DNA of 64,000 nucleotides from an uncultured Verrucomicrobiae bacterium (GTDB taxonomy: Bacteria > Verrucomicrobiota > Verrucomicrobiia > Chthoniobacterales > UBA10450): positions 673,615 to 737,614 of the forward strand of contig CAVYWQ010000001.1 of NCBI GenBank assembly GCA_963772275.1, read 5' to 3'. The position numbers and the translations under genes were made by a program. A model generated the notes under the pieces. It saw only the letters and a program-made list of their open reading frames with translations, had not been told where the DNA came from and ran no database searches. Shown here piece after piece: positions 60,035 through 64,000 of this stretch; position 1 is the stretch's first letter, and each line of letters begins with the position of its first letter.

Positions 60035-62173
60035 CTACTGGAGAAGTTTTTCGAGCGTCGGATCGGGCTCGGCCCCGAGGGCCTCCGCCTTGGCGTAGTG
60101 GCGCTTGGCCAGTTCCTTGGAAGGCGGATTCGCCGTCGCGTAGATAACAGCGAGATTAAAATGGGCGTCGGCATAATCGGGATTGGCCGCGATCGCCTCG
60201 AGCATTTCCTTCTCGGCCGCTTCCTGCCAACCCTTCTGGCTGGCGGTGATGCCGAGATAATTATGCGCCGTCGCGCTCTTCGGATTGATGGCGAGCGCCT
60301 TGGTTAATTCGGTGAGGGCATCATCGAACTTGCTCTGTCGGTAATAAACAATTCCCAGGGTCGTGCGCGAGAATTCATCCTTCGGGGCAATCGTAATCGC
60401 CTTTTTCAGCGTCAATTCGGCCGCCTTCAATTTGCCGGTGCGAAAGAGCACGACGCCGAGGTTCGAGAGTGAATAAAGATTGTTCGGAGCCTTGTCCAAA
60501 ATCTCGCGATACTCCCGCTCGGCCGCGCGATACTTGCCGCGGTCGAAATTATCCTTGGCCTCGCGTGCGAGTGGCACGAGCGGTTTCGGCACGCCCGGTT
60601 TGAAGGTGGTTTCCACGTCCGGGCCCGGCTGGCTCGATCCTTCCGGCGCCGGCGGTAAATCGGTGCTCTCCTCATCGGATTTCTCGTCCGGGTTCGTGAT
60701 GTTGAGCGGCACGGCCGGGCGTCGTTTGGCCACGGCGAAGCTGGCTTTCACAGTCATCGGATTGCTGTCGGAGATGGAGATAACCGGCTTGCGCAAAAGG
60801 GCCAGTTCTTCCGGCGAAAGCTTGGTGACCGGTTGCGCCAGAAGCTGGATTTGCTTGTTCAGAACGTCCGACTTGATCTGCAGCTTATCGAACTCGGCCA
60901 GCATCAGTTTGCGGGCCTGATCGCGCCGGGCTTCCTCCTCGCGTTCGCGCATGACAATGCCGCGGAGTAATTCGTTTTCCTTGACCAGGCGCCCGGTTTC
61001 CTCCGGGTTCGCTCCATTGAGCTTCGCCTTTTCCAGTTCGCCGGTCGCGTCGTCGAGCTGCGAACGCAAATCGGCGATGGTGACCTCGTAATTCTTGTTC
61101 TGCTTCTGGCTGGCCGTTAATTGCTGCCGCATTTGCTCGAGCTGCTGCCGCAAATCGGCCAGCTCCTTCTCCTTCTTCGGCTTTTCTTCGCTCACCTCGC
61201 GCACCGTCTTCTCGGCGGCAGCCAGCTTTTGTTTCAAATCGGTATTCTGCGCGATGAGCGACTGCACCTGCTGCTGCGCTTCCTTGGAGCCCTTGAGCTG
61301 CGCGACGGCCGTGTCGCGTTCCTGTTTCACGCCAGACAACTCCTTGTTCTTCTCCGCCAGCTTCGCATCGACCATCGCTTTTTCCTTTTCCGCCGAACTC
61401 TTGTCTGACTCGGCGGAAGCCAGCGCTTTCTTCAAATCCTCGATCTGTGCGCGCAAAGCCGCCTGTGCCTTGCTGTCATTCTTGCCGCTCGACTGGATCT
61501 GGTTCAGAGAATCCTGCGCCCTGGCCAGACGGTCGCGCACTTCACCCTCCGCACCCTTCGTTTTCTCGACCTCCTTCTGGGCTTCGAGAAGGCGCGCATT
61601 CGTTTCCTGCAACTGAGTGCCGATTCGCTCCTTCTCCTTTTGCGCGGACGTCAATTCCGAATGGGATTTCTGGAGCTGGGCTTCGAGTTCGTCGACGCGG
61701 CTGCGAAGTTGTTTGGTGGCTTCCTGAATGACCGCATCGTTTGGGATTGCCGCCACCTTCTCGCCCGGCCGCGGCGGAACCAGCTCCACATTCCCCTCAG
61801 TCGTGCCTGACCTGGTCGGAAGCGGAGGCGAGGAGAGCTCGGCCGCCGTCGGCTGGGCGGTCGCGTTCAAATCCTTTTGCGTGGCGGCACGGCCTTCCAC
61901 GCGCAAAATGCTTTCGCTAATCTTGCGCGCCCGATATTCGACGATGGCCGGCTGCCATTCCGCGTGGTTTTTGTGAAGCCCGTCGAGCAGGCTGCCGGCG
62001 AAGCGATACTTGGCCAGCGCTTCGCGAAAATTGTTCTCGCGCTCCAGCTTCTCGCCCTGCTGCGAGGTCATGTAGGCCTTGAGAAAGACCTCGCTCGGAT
62101 CATCCGATTGGGCCTGGAGCGGGCTGGCTGCCACGAAAACGAAAAGCCCTGCCAGAAAAAAAGCAATTTTCAT
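60035..62173 (-). CDS. secreted coiled-coil + TPR repeat protein
   Basis: 712 aa with signal peptide MKIAFFLAGLFVFVAASPLQA. Long Glu/Lys/Gln-rich coiled coil and C-terminal TPR units (YSLSNLGVVLFRTGKLKAA..., AHNYLGITASQKGWQEAA...). Confidence 0.8.
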   Translation of the reverse strand: MKIAFFLAGLFVFVAASPLQAQSDDPSEVFLKAYMTSQQGEKLERENNFREALAKYRFAGSLLDGLHKNHAEWQPAIVEYRARKISESILRVEGRAATQKDLNATAQPTAAELSSPPLPTRSGTTEGNVELVPPRPGEKVAAIPNDAVIQEATKQLRSRVDELEAQLQKSHSELTSAQKEKERIGTQLQETNARLLEAQKEVEKTKGAEGEVRDRLARAQDSLNQIQSSGKNDSKAQAALRAQIEDLKKALASAESDKSSAEKEKAMVDAKLAEKNKELSGVKQERDTAVAQLKGSKEAQQQVQSLIAQNTDLKQKLAAAEKTVREVSEEKPKKEKELADLRQQLEQMRQQLTASQKQNKNYEVTIADLRSQLDDATGELEKAKLNGANPEETGRLVKENELLRGIVMREREEEARRDQARKLMLAEFDKLQIKSDVLNKQIQLLAQPVTKLSPEELALLRKPVISISDSNPMTVKASFAVAKRRPAVPLNITNPDEKSDEESTDLPPAPEGSSQPGPDVETTFKPGVPKPLVPLAREAKDNFDRGKYRAAEREYREILDKAPNNLYSLSNLGVVLFRTGKLKAAELTLKKAITIAPKDEFSRTTLGIVYYRQSKFDDALTELTKALAINPKSATAHNYLGITASQKGWQEAAEKEMLEAIAANPDYADAHFNLAVIYATANPPSKELAKRHYAKAEALGAEPDPTLEKLLQ

Positions 62174-62317
62174 GAAAACAACGAAGCCGACGATAACCGT
62201 CCGCTGCGGGGTTGCAATGGCGGCTCTGTCACCCTTCTACCTCTAGCGGACGCTGTGCCACCGGCGATGCTTTGCCTTTGCAATCGGACGGCGCAAAACT
62301 AAACTCCCGGACCCGTC

Positions 62318-62390
62318 GGTGGTCGTAGCTCAATGGTAGAGCTCCAGATTGTGGTTCTGGCCGTTGCGGGTTCGAGTCCCGTCGACCACC
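62318..62390 (+). tRNA. tRNA-His (anticodon GUG) with encoded G-1
   Basis: G-1 plus acceptor GTGGTCG/CGACCAC, discriminator C, anticodon arm CCAGA-TTGTGGT-TCTGG and T-loop GCGGGTTCGAGTCCCGT. Followed by a T-run. Confidence 0.92.
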
Positions 62391-62426
62391 CATTTTTATT
62401 TACAGACTGATGATTTTTGACTGCTG

Positions 62427-63563
62427 ATGTCCGGCCCGCTCTATTCGCGCTCGAATCCGTTTCCGGCCAAGATGACTGTCAATCGGCGTCTCAGCGCACC
62501 CGATTCGGAAAAGGACGTCCGCCATTTCGAGATCGACATCGGCGGCTCGGGTCTCAGTTACGAAGTCGGCGATTCCATGGCCGTTTATCCGACGAACGAT
62601 CCGGCGCTGGTCGAAGAGCTCATTCACGCTCTTTGCGCCACCGGCGATGAACTGGTGCCGGTGCCGAAGACGGAACCAAAGAAATTTCGGGAAGCGTTGC
62701 TGCGTCACTTTTCCATCACCAGCACAACGCCGAGGTTTCTCAAGGCGATCGTGGAAAAGGCGACGGCGGCCCCGTTACTCAAGGAACTGATGGAGCCGGC
62801 ACGCAAGCACGATCTCACGACCTACCTGTGGGGCTTGGAGCCGATCGATTTTCTCCTCGAACACCCGTCGGCCCGTTTCACGCCGGAGGAATTCGTGGGG
62901 CTCATGCCGAAATTGCAGCCCCGCCTCTATTCCATCGCCTCCAGCCTGAAGGAATGTCCGCGCTCGGTGCATTTCATTGTCGACGTCATTCGCTATGAAA
63001 GCCACGGCAGACCGCGCAAGGGGGTCGCTTCCGTTTTCCTGGCGGAACGTTGCGAGAAAACTTCGGTGCCGATTTTCCCGACCAGCGCGAAGCATTTTCA
63101 TCTTCCGGAGGATCCGAACGTGCCGATCATCATGGTCGGTCCGGGAACCGGCGTGGCGCCATTCCGGGCATTTCTTCAGGAACGACGCGCGACCGGGGCG
63201 CGAGGCCGGACCTGGCTCTTCTTCGGCGCACAGCGCGAGAAATCGGATTATTTCTACAAGGAAGATTTTGCCCGGCTTCGGAAAGACCACTTTCTCACCC
63301 GCATCGACACTGCGTTCTCACGCGATCAGGCCCATAAGATTTACGTGCAACACCGCATGGAGGAGAACGCGGCCGAGCTTTGGAAATGGCTCGAGGAAGG
63401 CGCGCTCTTCTATGTTTGCGGCGATGCCCTGCGCATGGCCAAGGACGTGGATGCCATGCTCCATAAAATCGTGGCCGAACAAGGCGGCAAAGATCCCGAT
63501 GGCGCCCGCGAATATGTTGAAAAATTGAAGGGCGAGAAGCGCTATAAGCGCGACGTCTATTAG
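62427..63563 (+). CDS. CysJ-like FAD/NADPH-binding reductase (sulfite reductase flavoprotein C-terminal module, no flavodoxin domain)
   Basis: 378 aa. Motifs RLYSIASS, GVASVFL, MVGPGTGVAPFRAF and a C-terminal YKRDVY typical of the diflavin-reductase FNR module. Confidence 0.85.
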   Translation: MSGPLYSRSNPFPAKMTVNRRLSAPDSEKDVRHFEIDIGGSGLSYEVGDSMAVYPTNDPALVEELIHALCATGDELVPVPKTEPKKFREALLRHFSITSTTPRFLKAIVEKATAAPLLKELMEPARKHDLTTYLWGLEPIDFLLEHPSARFTPEEFVGLMPKLQPRLYSIASSLKECPRSVHFIVDVIRYESHGRPRKGVASVFLAERCEKTSVPIFPTSAKHFHLPEDPNVPIIMVGPGTGVAPFRAFLQERRATGARGRTWLFFGAQREKSDYFYKEDFARLRKDHFLTRIDTAFSRDQAHKIYVQHRMEENAAELWKWLEEGALFYVCGDALRMAKDVDAMLHKIVAEQGGKDPDGAREYVEKLKGEKRYKRDVY

Positions 63564-63564
63564 A

Positions 63565-63595
63565 TGTAGAGGCGCTTGGCACAAGCGCCTCTACA
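63565..63595. repeat. REP-like palindrome, short third copy
   Basis: TGTAGAGGCGCTTG-GC-ACAAGCGCCTCTACA. Starts 2 nt after the cysJ-like stop, and its right arm contains the stop TAG of the convergent gene. Confidence 0.85.
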
Positions 63596-64000
63596 TCAAT
63601 CTCCTGCTCGCCAAAACGAGACCGATTACAAGAACCAGGGCACTTCCAATCGCGACAGCGCCGCCCCAAATCAACCACGCCGGCCGATAACGGAGGATCA
63701 GCCGGCCGCGGGCGCCAGGTGGGATTTCGACCACCGGAATTAGTTCGCGATAAGATTTCACCGGAAGATTCCGCGAACCCAGGCGCGCCTCATATCCGCG
63801 AAAATACGGGCGCGAAAAAGTTAGGAGCGCTGGCCGCGTGTCTGCAGTCGTTTGCAAGTCAACGACCACGCGATTGCGCGAATTTTCCAATATGGCCACC
63901 TTGGCCGGAGCAAACTGTTCGTTAGGCAAGGAGTCGAGCGTAGTCACCGAACGAATCGGCGCCAGGCCGCCACCACGCCGGTTGTAGATGCGACCCGCAT
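63591..64000 (-). CDS. C-terminal fragment of a membrane protein (YfhO/glycosyltransferase-like C-terminus), 5' end outside the window
   Basis: The frame is open from the window edge to the stop at 63591. Beta-rich ecto-region then a terminal TM (AWLIWGGAVAIGSALVLVIGLVLA). The family call is tentative. Confidence 0.5.
   Translation of the reverse strand, partial: AGRIYNRRGGGLAPIRSVTTLDSLPNEQFAPAKVAILENSRNRVVVDLQTTADTRPALLTFSRPYFRGYEARLGSRNLPVKSYRELIPVVEIPPGARGRLILRYRPAWLIWGGAVAIGSALVLVIGLVLASRRLM

Overview
This is a GC-rich (about 60% by eye) bacterial chromosomal segment that is almost fully coding: about 60 CDS, 2 tRNAs (Ser-GCU, His-GUG) and the RNase P RNA. The gene content suggests a PVC-type (Verrucomicrobiota-like) soil bacterium, but this is inference only. 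That content includes an alternative complex III (actABCDEF) fused to a caa3 cytochrome oxidase operon, a sulfatase and sulfotransferase, a PEGA-linked Ser/Thr kinase, a dockerin-tagged astacin protease and many REP-like palindromes. The main blocks are:
- sulfotransferase, sulfatase and glycogen synthase;
- three CNNM/CorC-type transporters and an orphan S14;
- an ASRT / TPP-enzyme / enolase-superfamily / YdiJ-like operon;
- a 12-gene translationally coupled actA-F / sco / coxBAC-IV operon;
- a GH15 enzyme, a secreted tandem alpha-crystallin protein and an aminotransferase;
- a Ser/Thr kinase divergent from an FHA-cyclase;
- moeA, a MarR regulator plus TolC, pgeF, rnpB, ispH, a peroxiredoxin and acnA;
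- a TPR/coiled-coil protein and a CysJ-like reductase.
I found no transposase, integrase, prophage, CRISPR array or recognisable defence system. The most unusual signal is not a gene. The non-palindromic octamer CCTAACGA/TCGTTAGG occurs at least 28 times (plus about 12 near-copies). It sits on both strands and in every stop-free reading frame, far above my rough chance expectation, which resembles a DNA-uptake-sequence type genomic word. Other points worth a second look:
- three families of palindromic or simple-sequence repeats, which overlap stop codons, bracket a gene, form the start of actB, or sit as a 7-nt tandem repeat inside acnA;
- two +1 frame breaks, one in actB and one in the kinase-PEGA gene;
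- a rhodopsin-less ASRT homologue heading a putative acid-sugar/2-oxoacid operon.
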